A stretch of DNA of 32,000 bases from Mycoplasmoides genitalium G37. GTDB taxonomy: Bacteria > Bacillota_I > Bacilli_A > Mycoplasmatales > Mycoplasmoidaceae. Under the pieces are notes generated by a model. It did not search any database, was not told the origin of the DNA, and saw only the letters and a program-made list of their open reading frames with translations. The translations under genes were made by a program, and so were the position numbers. Numbering within the stretch: position 1 is the stretch's first letter; the number at the start of each line of letters is the position of its first letter. Below are positions 14,851 through 27,915 of this stretch, in pieces. The stretch spans positions 360,001-392,000 of the forward strand of contig NC_000908.2 in the NCBI RefSeq assembly GCF_000027325.1, in the 5' to 3' direction.

Positions 14851-14891
14851 AGATAAAAAACAAAAAAGCAGCTGTTGTGCTGCTCTTTTTT
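14851..14891 (-). terminator. Rho-independent terminator of dnaK (A-tract/stem/T-tract, potentially bidirectional)
   Basis: The minus strand reads AAAAAAGAGCAGC-ACAACA-GCTGCTTTTTTGTTTTTTAT, about 30 nt past the dnaK stop. A GC-containing 6-bp core stem (agcagc/gctgct) is extendable by A:U pairs and followed by a long U-run. The plus strand also has a T-run after the stem. Confidence 0.8.
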
Positions 14892-14918
14892 ATTTGGAAT
14901 ATGTTCTATATGAACAGG

Positions 14919-16715
<1,797 letters not shown>

Positions 16716-16740
16716 TTAGATCAATAACAATTACTCAGTA

Positions 16741-16746
16741 ATTATA
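16741..16746 (-). promoter_or_regulatory. Candidate -10 box (TATAAT) of the dnaK promoter
   Basis: Plus-strand attata is TATAAT on the minus strand, 34 nt upstream of the dnaK ATG and 8 nt downstream of the CIRCE repeat. Confidence 0.45.
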
Positions 16747-16754
16747 AACAAAAA

Positions 16755-16781
16755 TTAGCACTCAAACACTAAAAGTGCTAA
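16755..16781 (-). promoter_or_regulatory. CIRCE operator (HrcA-binding inverted repeat)
   Basis: TTAGCACTC-AAACACTAA-AAGTGCTAA compared with the consensus TTAGCACTC-N9-GAGTGCTAA gives one mismatch and exact 9-nt spacing. It lies directly upstream of dnaK. Confidence 0.85.
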
Positions 16782-16793
16782 TTAAAGTTTGTT

Positions 16794-17975
16794 TTATTTA
16801 TCTTTTTTAGTTTCTAAGCTAACAGTGTTAACTGTTTTCAACGGTACATTAACGGTCTTTTTAAATTCCCATATAACTTGAACAATTCACACAACAAAAC
16901 AAATCCCAGTGAAAATAGCAGGTAGATAAACAGATAAAAGTCTTCATAAAAAAACACCATCTTTAATCTGATCATGGAGGAATTGATCAGTTGGTTTGAA
17001 TGCATTGAGAAAACTAGTCATCACAAATTGTGTTGCACCTTCCCCACTAGCAACTGGAATAAAGTTAGAAGCGGTAACAGCAATATTAGTAATGTTAAAA
17101 AGATCAATTAAGCTGTATTGATCAATAACGTTATTAGTTGTGTTGACAGTTTTTGTGATCATAAAAACACCAAACAAACTAAAGTAGGAAACAATTGCTA
17201 CAACCATGTTAGCTAGTAATTTAAAGATTGTTAACCCTCACCTTCGCATCTCAATTCCATACAACTTATTAAATTCAGCTTTTTCTATAAAACGTTGGTA
17301 GATCTGCTCTTTAGTTAAATAAGGACGTTTAAGTCACTTTCGAAACTGGTTTACAAGTGAATAGATCAAAACATGCATCTTTTTATTGAAAGCAATAACA
17401 ATAAATAAGATAGCAACAACAACATCAAAGATCATCCCAGTAAGACTTAGTCAGTAAGAGACAAAGCTATTATGGTTATTTGCTAACAATTGATAGTTTT
17501 TAGAAAGAACAAAAAAAGAAGGTCAAGTTATTAACGCTTGCGATAGATTTCAAAATGCTCCTGTAGAAGTGACAATTAAAACTGCAGTTTGTTTTTTCAT
17601 CCCCTTTTTAATGAATCAATACAAGCGAAATGGATCTTGTCCTAGTGATAAGGGGGTTACAATTTGAAAAAACTGTACTACAAAACCAAATAATAACCAC
17701 TCTCACCAACTAGCATAAAAACAAAATCTCCTTGATACCCACCAATTAATGATTACATTCCACAAAACTGAAACTAAAAACCCTAAGATAACAACAAATA
17801 TCCAACCCCAATTCTGATAGTTAATTGCAGTGATAATAGTTTTCACATCATCAACACTAACACCTAAAAAAAAGATAGTAACAATAACACTAATAACGAT
17901 TAGAAAAACCAAAAAAAAGCTAAAAGCAACGATGTTTTTAGTGTTAAAAAAGGTATTGGTGGTTAACTTTGCCAT
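16794..17975 (-). CDS. Polytopic membrane protein (MG306-like), possibly UPF0104/MprF-flippase-like
   Basis: Fragments 16944..17207 and 17703..17975 share one frame, and the sequence between them has only TGA interruptions. ATG at 17973-17975 overlaps the upstream lipoprotein stop (TAATG). Read through TGA 16944-16946, the frame reaches TAA at 16794-16796. 393 codons with many hydrophobic segments. The family assignment, based on the motif IPVASGEGATQF resembling the P-x-GG-x-G-x-E motif, is tentative. Confidence 0.85.
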
Positions 17976-20900
17976 TACTTAAGCAAGTTTAAGCCTGATT
18001 GAATTCTTTTATCACCAATCCTAAATTGGGGTTTTTCAATTGCACTTAAAGCAAGTTGTTGGGTGCCTGTATCACTAGCTTGAAATAAAACTAAAGCTGC
18101 TACTATATCACTTTCAATATTGGTAGAACTTGTTAAACTAAGTGAATCAATGTCACTTTTAGTGAACTGAAGATAGTTGTAACTATCACCACCAAAGTTA
18201 AATTCACTAAATTTTTGGTTGGTTTGGGTACTTCTTTTTGAAATACTTGGACTATTTGATGAATTAAAATAACTGGAATATTGGTCTAAAACAGCTAATA
18301 ACAACGCTTGTTTAGCTTTGAAATCTAAAGCAGAATTGTTAATTGCATCGACCTGAAAATAAGCTGAAAGTGTTTTGCCATTACTACTACTACTACTTGG
18401 AGTTAGTCTACTTAGCTGTCGGGCAATGTTATCTAAAACTAATTGGTCTTTTGTTTCACTAATAAATTTTTTAAGATCATCCTTTGAACCATATTGTTTT
18501 AAGGAATTGGCAGCGATATGGTTTAAAAGTGCCTGGTTAGTATTGTTTTCTAACATGGAACTGTTAGTTGTATTCAAACCAGTAAAACCATAAGTACCAT
18601 TATTACTTGTTGATACTGCTTGTCTGGTGCTTAACATCGTAGTAGCAGGTGTAGTGTTAGGACTTGTTTTGGTTTTAAAAAAGAAATTATTAGGATCAAT
18701 AGTTTGGTTGGCATTAGCTGTTGTAGCATGTTCATCATTTTCATAGTTAAAAACAGAGCCAAATATTCCCTGAGGATTATTGGTGTTGTTACTGATAATA
18801 TTCTTATCATAAGCAATATAGGCAATTTCACCATACTTTAAGTTAGCTTGTAAAATATCTTTAAAGTTTTTTAGGTTGTTTTCAATTAACCATTGCAAAG
18901 TAAAAATGAAGCGATAATGGTCAATAACTGCTTTAAAGTTAACATTAAAACCTGATTCATCAACACTCTCTAAAAAAGCTTTTTTAAACAATTCATCAAT
19001 ATTGCCATTATTAGGATTACCATACATGGCTTTATTGGTTAATTTGCTTCATGTCATGTAATAGTAATTGCTAATTACTTTAGCTAAACTATCTGCATCA
19101 CTACTTGATGAAGTTGATGAAGATCCATTTTTAGATTTAATCTCTTCAAATAACTTTTTAGCTTTTTCAAACTGTTGATTGCTAGTAAAAGCATTTTTTA
19201 ACAATGCAAAGGAAAGAGGGTTTACAGTTGTTACATCTAACAACGCATTTAAACTCCAATTGGCACTGTTAGTAAGTGATTGATCATTGTTAATATCAAC
19301 TAGAATAATGTTGCTAAAGTTAGGTTTTGATTTTTCTGTAACTTTCAATTGGTTAACAAATTCTGTTACTTTGTTATTTATGTCGCTCAGAATTTCATCT
19401 CTTATCTTATCAACATCAGCTTTTGTAGTTTTTAACTTATTGTTGTTTTCACTAATATTTATTTTTTCACTACCTACTTTTTTCCAAAGTGTTTTAGTAA
19501 TTAAAAACAAGAAATAGTTATTGAGTTTTTCATAATGACCAGACTTGCGAACATATGGCAAATGGGAAGATAAGCCATTTAACCAAGGGGTTGGATTAAT
19601 TTGGTTAACATTGGTATTAAGTTCAGTTGTTCTACTTGTTAGTTTGTTATCTAATGCATCCATTTGTAAAAACAAATCTCTGATTACATTTGTTGCTAAT
19701 GCAACTGGTGCAAATTTTTGCATTAGTTCTTTGTAATCATTGAATGCTTTTTGCATCGCATCACTACCTTTATCTTTTTTTTGAAAATCAGTATTTATTA
19801 GTGCGTTTACTAATATTAATTCCTGATTTTTTTCAAACCAAGTTTTCAGTGTTTCATTTAATGGAAAACTAAAGGAATATAAACTGTTTTTAAAGGTGTT
19901 TGTTTTGGCTTGAAAAGCTCTTCACATTAAAAACTGCTTTTGCTTTTCAATGTCTCTTTCAGTTTTGCTACTACTATTTTTTGTCAGATAATAACTACCT
20001 CCATCAATTCCAATTACAGCAACTCCCTCTCCGTTTCTAACTAGTCTTAGCTTCAATTGGTTATTAGAGTTATGGCTTGTATTTTGAACAGTAGCATTTG
20101 CACAGTTTGCACTAACAGTGCTAGCACCATTATTTGTTTTGTTATTAGGAATAGCTGCATCCCAAACAAGATAACTGCTTGTTGTTGATGAACTAGCTTT
20201 AGTTGAAACCATCATATCACTTGTAGTTGTTTGGTGGATTTGCTTTGCTAGTTTTCCTAAATTGGAACTATCATTAGAACTTATAAAAGCATCTTTAATA
20301 AGACTCTTTAAATTGTTTTGTGAACTGTCTGTTGTATTGTGTTCACAGAACAATGTATTACTCTTAGTATGGTTTTCAATTTTAGTTGATTCAACAACAA
20401 TGGTATTGTTAAGTTCTTTATTAAGCTCTTTAATTGTGGGAAGTTGATCTTTATCTTGATTTAAAAGATCTAGTTTTAAATTTAAACTAGCACCTAAATT
20501 AGCTGCTTCTAGTTGATCAACAATGTTTAGACTATCTACTATTTGCTTGGTTTGAGTGTTATCAGAAAGAGTTGTTGGAAAATCAATCAGGTTGCCTTGA
20601 TTTTGATCTAAGATGTATTTTTCTAAACCTGTTTTTGCTGTATTTAATCCGTCTTTTCCCTCAATTAACTGCTCTCAGCGTTTGTTGCCAACATTCTGGT
20701 TCTGAGGAATTTCCCCATCTTTAGGAAAGAAAGGAAACGCATAAGAAGGGGTTAATTTATCTTTTAGTTTTTCAGTGTTGTAAACTTGACCCAAACCTTG
20801 TTGTGGTGCTGCATATTTAAAAGTAGCTTGACTGATTAAAGTAGGATCGGTATATTCAACCCAGAGATTAAAGATTTGTGCTTGTAACTTTGCAAACAAT

Positions 20901-21508
20901 GCATCATTAGTTTCACTAAAACGTGGTTCTTGAAAACCAAAGTCCTTTCATTTTTCAGGTTGGGATAGTTCATCATAGATATAAGGACCAGTTGAGAGTT
21001 GTCCATTAGGTTTATAAACTAAGAAATCCTTAGCGAATAATTTAGCGGTAAAATCACTAATAAGTTGATTGAAAAGTTGTTGGGATTTTCAACTAGCCTC
21101 ACTGCCACCACTTTTATCTAATAGATCTTGTTGAATAAATACTGCTCTGTTTCTGGGTGGTGATATTAACCCATTAACAGTATTTTTATATTGATCATCA
21201 ACATTCTTTTTAGTGTCTTTTAAAAACTTGTTTATGGCTTTGTCTTCATTGTTTTCATACCAAGCCTCAAGTGCTTTTAAAAGTGGTCCTATAACAAAAT
21301 GTTTGTTTGCTGAAGGAGTTTTTAAAGCAGTAATAAGTCCTTCTTTTAAACTACCCTTTTGACCATGAAAAAAATTAGTTGAGGTTGGTGAAAAAACTGT
21401 TTGCAAAGCACTGTTTGTTGGAGTTGAACAAGCTACAAGTATTGTGCTTACTGACAAACCACAAAGTAAAAACCACCAGAACTTTGATTTTTTTAAAAGT
21501 TTTTTCAT
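17975..21508 (-). CDS. Large surface lipoprotein, MG307/MG309/MG338 family (1177 aa)
   Basis: Five track fragments (17975..19027, 19049..19756, 19922..20353, 20675..20899, 21089..21508) share one frame and are joined by TGA. The N-terminus [27 protein letters not shown] has a lipobox LVAC with Cys27. The protein is collinear with the 22732..26409 product. Confidence 0.92.
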
Positions 21509-22725
21509 GATCTTGGTTTTTTCTTATTAATTAAAAGGTTTTGAATCTGTTGTTTTTGGTATTTTTTGTAGTTAGGTTTAACCTTTTTATATTTAGCTTT
21601 GATAGCTTTAATTTTCTTAATTTGTAAAGTTGAAAGCGGTTTTTTGGTAGTTTTTTGGTTATTTTCAGTCAAAAACTTCAAATCACCATTACTAGTTAAA
21701 CTAACGTTTTGAAATTTAATTCCTTTTGCTATTAGTTTATTTAATTTACTTTGATTTTGGTCATTTCAAAAAAGATATGATCTGCCCCAACTGTTAAGTC
21801 GTGCTACACGACCAGAACGGTGGATGTAAAAACTATCAATTTTAGGTAGATCTCAAGAAATCACCACACTGAAATAATTTAAATCTATCCCACGTGAAAA
21901 TAGATCAGAAACAACTAGTAATTTCAATTTATTATTAGTTGCTTTTGTGAAATTATTTTTACGTTCTTGATAGGTTAAACTACCATAAATTGAACCAAAA
22001 CTAATATTGTTATTTGAAAGCAATTGTGTTAATTGTTTTAAAGATTTTTGATTAGAACAGAAAACAATAATTTGCTGATTTTGGTGGTGTTTTAATAAGG
22101 CTAATAAACCAGAAAAACGGTTTTCAGTATTGAGATGAACAACAAAATGCTTAACTAAGGGGTGAATCCATTGCTTTGGATGGAGATTAATAACTTTAGT
22201 ATTAATTACTTGTTTTTTAATTATTTGGAGTTGTTGATTGAATAAAGTAGCACTAAAAAAGGCAAACAAGGGCTTTGCTTTTTGAAAAAGATGAACACAT
22301 TCAAGTCACTGCTGGATTGAACTTTGCTCTAAAAACATGTCAATTTCATCAAAAACAACGTATCTAACTTTGCTAGTAAAAAGGTATTTTTCGTTTAGTA
22401 AACTAACAATTAGTTGTGCTTTTGAACTAAATGAAGTGGCAAAAGTAAAGGTTTTAAAGTACTTTTTGATTTCAGTTAAGATGTTGATAATTTGTCATTG
22501 TAACTCTTTGGTTGGTACAAAAATAACTGCTTGAGGTTGATCTAAACTGGTGTTAATCTTATCTAATAGAGGTAAAAGATAAGCAAAGGTTTTGCCACTA
22601 CCAGTTTCAGCAATACCAATGATATTTTGGAATGGTCATAATTTAAAAACTGCTTGCTGAATTTTGGTAAATTCAACAATGCGTTTCTTATCTAAAAACT
22701 GCCTAATAGAAGAGGAAAATTGCAT
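21493..22725 (-). CDS. DEAD-box family ATP-dependent RNA helicase (motif II variant DEID)
   Basis: ATG at 22723-22725 ([46 protein letters not shown]...). Motif I AETGSGKT, motif II VVFDEID, motif III SAT and motif VI HRSGR are present. The track fragment 21853..22269 is in the same frame. Read through TGA, the frame ends at TAA 21493-21495, 16 nt inside the downstream lipoprotein gene. 410 codons. Confidence 0.92.
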
Positions 22726-22731
22726 CTTAAA

Positions 22732-25700
22732 CTAGAATTTACGCACTCACTGTGAACTGATTGCTGAAAACAATCTGTTATCACCAACTCTAACTAAGCC
22801 ATTTTTGGCATTTGCTATCAATGCATTAATAGCTTGGGTTTGATTATTAGGATTAAGCGCTTCAAGCGCAACTGTACTTAAAAATTCTTCAAGTGAAAGA
22901 TCAAGTCTTTTTGAATTATTTGAATCTGTACTATTCAAACTATCACTACCAAGCATACTTACATCTTCAAGGTTAATCTGTTTTGCATAAACTGCATGAT
23001 AGATCTGGTTATCTTGTAAAAAGTTATAACTGCTATAATTACTGGTTTTATTTGTACCTATATACCCTTCAAACCTACTAAACACATCATTAAAGTTACT
23101 ATTATTAGTTTTACTTTGAGCTTGTTTTAATTGAACAGTTTGAGTATTGTTAAAGTTTGAATTAGCAAAATTCTTCAAATTAGTTTTTTGTTCTTGTAAG
23201 GATTTTGATCTATCAACACCAGTAACGTTAATATTAAGGTTACTTGTTAAATGGTTATAAAGTGCATCAAACTCAGCTTGGGTTGGGATGTTATCAATTG
23301 TTTCTATAAGTTTTGTTAGAGAACCAAAACTAAATAAAGCACCTTTGTAAATTGTTTCATTACTACCACTTGATTGAGTAGATTGTAATTGTGCTTGACC
23401 ACCATTAGAACTTGATTTTTCAGATTGGGAAACAAAACTTGTAAAGAGGCGATTTCTAACTGCATCTGGTAAGTTGTTGGATGAAGTGTTGGTAACAATA
23501 CCATGGAAACCAAACCTTCTTTGCTGGTTATTGGTTTGCTGTGCACTTTTTTGCATTAAAGTTAATGATGTACTGCTACTACCATTGTTCTTTGTATAGT
23601 AAAGACTTGAAATATCATTTGCAGCACTGTTAACTGTTGGGGTTTTGTTGTTGGTTCAATTATAAGCACTCGAACCAAATACATAGTTAGGATTTTGTTG
23701 TTCTTGCTTGGTAAAGTCTTGATTAGTTTGAGAAGCAACGTTGTTAGCCATTTTTACTAATACAGATTTAGAAGAACTTACACTCATTGCTTGACTAGCA
23801 GTATTATTTCTGTCTTTATCACTAGCTAAACTTCAAACCAAGAAACTATTTGTTGTTCTTGATAGTTTAGCTTGCAAGTTCTGTTTTAGGTTTTTAAGGT
23901 TATCTTTTAATAGCCATTGAACTGTATAAAGATAAGAATAGTAATTGATTAAGTCATTGCTATCCAAGCGTTCTTCTAAGTTTAAGCTGTTGTATAAACT
24001 ATCTAAAACCCCATTAATTTTGGGTTTATTATCAGTTGAACTTTCATTAACACCATTACCAAAAATAGAAGGATTAGCTTGTTTTTGAAAAAGATCAAAT
24101 AGGTAGGTATATTTAAAGATATTTCAGTTTTCATTATTGAGACTGTTTCAGTTTTTAAAAGTTAATTTATCTAAATCAATCGCTTGTTTAAACTGATCAT
24201 CATTGACAAAATAATCTCGTCTAATGGTATTTTGTAACTCATCACTTGATAAAACAGCATTTAAAGCTAAATTAAGTGCTAGAGAAGTGTTTCTAGGATC
24301 AGATGAAAGTTTGGTATCAACAAGGATAATTTGTGAATATTGCGGTGAGGGAATTACCGAAACTTTTAGTTCATCAACATGCTTTTTAACTGCTGCTTCA
24401 ACTTTCTTTTTATTCTCTTTTAACTTGTCAATTATCTTTTTTGAAAAAGGATCACTACTACTACTATTACTATTACTATTACTATTACTTGTATTTGAAC
24501 TAACTTTATCAATGATGTCTTTATAGTAAATACCAAGTTCATTGTAGTGTCCTGTTTTACTATCTTGTTCATAAGGTAAAACAGCAGCTAAACCGTTCAT
24601 CCATATTTGTTTATTTCGCTCATTATCAATGAAAGGTTGGTTACGTTCTGCTAGTTTTAAAGCAACTTTGTTTTCTGCAGTAGCAACTTCATTAAAAACA
24701 ATTTGTTGATATTGACTTTCAACTAAATCCTTCAACTCGTTTTTAACAGTGATAATGCTATCACTAAACTTTTTAAACTGAGGGAAACTTAAAAAGTTAC
24801 TTTCTTTGCTGTCTACTAATTTAAAAAGGGCATTAAATAAAAATAAAACTCTGTTCTTATCAAAGTGTTTTTTCACTTCATCAAACAACTTAAAGTCATA
24901 AGTAGTGTTTGTATCAATTAAGCCATATTTGGTTTGTAGTGCACGGAATAATAAGAATTGTTTTTGTTTATTTACATCACGTCCTGATTCAGAGAGATAA
25001 TAACCACCACCATCAACACCCATTAGATGGATACCATCTTTACCACGTGCTAAGATTAAATCAGGTTGACTATTGTTATCTTTTTTAAGTTCTTTTAGAT
25101 CAACGATTGCAGAATTATTACTACTATCACTGTTACTTGTACTAGTAGCATTACTGAACTTTTTTTGATATTCACCTTTAAAAACATCTGTTGATTTAGT
25201 AGTTTCATTTTCTTTAAAGATCTTAGCTAGATCTGTTTTATGAACAGTAGTTGTTTGTGAACTACTACTTGCACTTTTCATTGCAGCCTTAGCTGAATTA
25301 TTTTCAACAAAGAAATTTTCAATGATTGATTTATCTTTTTCTAATTTAGTGTATTCAGTTTGTTCTGCACCTTTGGATTTTTTTTGTAAAGCTAAATAGC
25401 CCTGGATAAAAGCTGCTGAAAAGCTAGGATCAAAGGTATCAAACATATCACTAGCTTTTAACAACAATTTACCACCACTATCACTAGAAAACTTATTAGG
25501 GATGTCAATGGTTTTATTGTTAGTATTTACATAGCTTTGTAAATTACTAGCTAGGATATGAAAACCATTTGCTCCTTTTATGGAGTTATCTTGTTGGTTA
25601 TATTTGTTAAATACTTGAAATTGATAGGAAGGGGTTGGAGATTTAATTAGATCAGGATTAAAATAGTTATCAAACCCATCATTAGGAGTTTCATTAGTAA

Positions 25701-26409
25701 ATACTACTCTTGAAACTAAGTTAGGGTTTTCATTAGTAACGAACTGATCTAATAATTTATCTTGAATGGCAGCATAAACTGCATCATTATTGATCCTAAG
25801 TCTTTTATTTTTATCAACAAACTTAGCTTGTATTTTGATATTATTCCAATTACTTTGGTTTTCAATTAAACCTTTTAATGGAGTTGATAATACGCCAACA
25901 CTTTTATCAACATATTCAACAAAGTTCTTTGTAAAAAGCTTATTGATAAAATCATCAACAATTTTGTTGTTAACATCACGGAGCTTTCAGTTGGCTTGAT
26001 TTCCACCAGTGTTATCTAAAATATCAGTTTGTAACCTAACTAAATAATCACCCCGATACTGATTTCTTAAGTTTTGTTCTTGATTAACAAAACTATTGTC
26101 TGTATCAGTATTAAAAGTTCTTAAATTTCTCTTAATGTCATCATCAACATTTTCTTCATAAAAATTGCGCAATACTGGCGCTAGGCGCATCGTTAAATAT
26201 TGCGTTAGTCCTTCTCTATTTTCAAGTGCTTTATAAAGTGTGGCATTAATACTACCATCATTTTTATCAGTAAAAGCACTACTGGGTCTAAAGAGATTTT
26301 CAATGGTTCTGGAGTTTGGTTGTGCACAGGCAACAGCAACAATTCCCAAACTTACAGCTATGCTTGAAAGCAGCAATGGTCATTTTACTCGGTGTAAAAA
26401 ACGTTTCAT
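22732..26409 (-). CDS. Large surface lipoprotein, MG307/MG309/MG338 family (1225 aa)
   Basis: Fragments 22747..23556, 24148..25467 and 25987..26376 share one frame. The true ATG is 26407-26409 (MKRFLHRVKWPLLLSSIAVSLGIVAVAC, lipobox AVAC, Cys28 at 26326-26328). Read past TGA 22747-22749 (…SSQWVRKF), the frame ends at TAG 22732-22734. It carries an internal Ser/Asn STR. Confidence 0.92.
24454..24489 (-). repeat. In-frame trinucleotide short tandem repeat (AGT/AAT)n encoding SNSNSNSNSSSS
   Basis: The plus strand reads act act act act att act att act att act att act, 12 consecutive triplets. On the coding strand this is (AGT AAT)4 (AGT)4. Confidence 0.95.
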
Positions 26410-26462
26410 TGCACAGTCAAAAATTTCAATAATTTTAAAATTTATATTTTTATTATTACCAC

Positions 26463-27269
26463 ATGCGACTTGAAATAGAAAACGGGCTTGAATTTGTCAA
26501 TGATCCTGTGGTAAATGAACTTGGCAAGATCTGTTTTTTTCATCCTTTTACAGGTAATTTAACAAACAAACTTAGTTTCAGAAGTCATTTCAATAGATAC
26601 AGTTTTTATGCCATTAACTACCCAGGGCATGGTAATAGTGTTATTAACAATCCAAAGCAACTTGAATTTAGTTACTGATTGGAAATTACAAAACAGTTTT
26701 TTGATAAACATAACTTAAAGGATGTAATCTTATTTGGTCATTCTATTGGCGGTGGTTTAGCAGTTGCTTTAACTAACTATTTAAGCAGTGATCAATATAA
26801 AGCAGTCTTGTTAGAAGCACCATTAAATCCTGCTATTGTTGAAACTCCTTTAAATATTGTTCAAAATCTCATTCCTGATCCTGATAGTGATTTTGCTGTT
26901 ATTCAAAAGTGTCTTGTTTACAATATTGAGAAAAAACTTGGGGCAAACTTTAAAGAATATTGTGAAAGAGAAAAGCAAAAATCAATTCACCAAAACCAAC
27001 GCCTTAAAGTGATGTTAGAACCTTCTACACTCAAACAAAACATAGTTTTAATCAATGCAGCTTTTTTAAAGTTAAATTGTCCTGCTTTGTGAATCCATGG
27101 TAAGCAGGATGGAATTATTAAGTACCTTCCATCCAAGGCTTATTATGAATCATTAAACAATAAGCAAATTCAATTTAAAGCCATAGAAGCAGCGGCTCAT
27201 ACCCCTTACTTTGAACAACCACAAAAGTTTTTAAGTTTAGTTAATGATTTCTTTCAATTAATAAGTTAA
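26463..27269 (+). CDS. Alpha/beta-fold hydrolase (esterase/lipase-like, MG310-like)
   Basis: Track ORFs 26463..26678 and 26679..27092 are contiguous through TGA 26676-26678, and the frame continues through TGA 27090-27092 (…LNCPALWIHGKQDGIIKYLP...AAAHTPYFEQPQKFLSLVNDFFQLIS) to TAA 27267-27269. The nucleophile elbow GHSIGG and Asp and His candidates (HGKQDGII, AAAHTPY) are present. ATG 26463 is preceded by an in-frame TAA. 268 codons. Confidence 0.9.
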
Positions 27270-27285
27270 AGCAGTTTATTTAACT
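27264..27285. terminator. Weak AT-rich hairpin spanning both convergent stop codons (hydrolase / rpsD)
   Basis: agttaaa-gcagttta-tttaact is a 7-bp all-A/T-plus-one-G:C stem. It contains the + strand TAA (27267-27269), and its loop contains the minus-strand TAA (27276-27278). It is probably too weak to terminate efficiently. Confidence 0.25.
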
Positions 27286-27893
27286 AAACGCTTGTATCAC
27301 TCAACAACGTAAGATTCATTTATTCCAGCAGGTAGTTCGCTACGCTCTGGGAATCTTATATAAGTACCTTCAAATGCCTTTTTGTTGGTTTCCACAAATG
27401 ATGAGATAACACTGTTTTCAATAAAATTTTTAACTAATGGGGATTTAGTTATTCTTGCTTTTAAACGGACTTTATCCCCGGGATTAATGATGATTGAAGG
27501 GGTGTCAACAGTTTGATCATTTAAAATCACATGACCGTGGTTTACCATTTGTCTTGCACTCTTTCTTGTTGGTGCAAAACCCATTCTGTAAACTATGTTA
27601 TCCAAACGTGATTCTAAAACTCTAAATAAATTAACTGTTAAGTTACCTTTTTGTTTTAAAACAAAGCGAAATAACCTACGAAATTGTTTATCAGTAATAC
27701 CATACATGTATTGCATCCTTTGTTTTTCTTGGAGTTGTTGGGCATAACCTGATAAAGTTGAGGAACGAAACCTATTTCCATGTTGACCGGGAATAGATTT
27801 ACGTTTTTTTCCTTTGGAAAACTCTTTGTTGTTTTCAAGTAAAGAAAAACCTAAACGTCTTGATCGTTTGAAAATACTACCAGTATATTTCAT
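27276..27893 (-). CDS. rpsD: 30S ribosomal protein S4
   Basis: Track ORF 27297..27893 ends at a TGA. Reading through gives ...YVVEWYKRLVK, then TAA at 27276-27278. 205 codons. The sequence MKYTGSIFKRSRRLGFSL... followed by the S4 RNA-binding domain (RLDNIVYRMGFAPTRKSARQMVNHGHV) is characteristic. Confidence 0.97.
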
Positions 27894-27915
27894 GTGTTTT
27901 CGATTTTAAATTATC

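Noticed and set aside
26410-26462. Specific -10 boxes in the 53-nt divergent gap between the 1225-aa lipoprotein gene and the hydrolase gene (taaaat at 26436..26441, tatatt at 26443..26448).
   Set aside because: The gap is almost pure A/T, so several hexamers match equally well on both strands. I cannot choose among them without transcription-start data.
18631-27838. Minus-strand alternative-frame ORFs 18631..18834, 23316..23546 and 27656..27838.
   Set aside because: They are out-of-frame overlaps within the lipoprotein and rpsD genes. They have no motifs, and the main frames are strongly supported.
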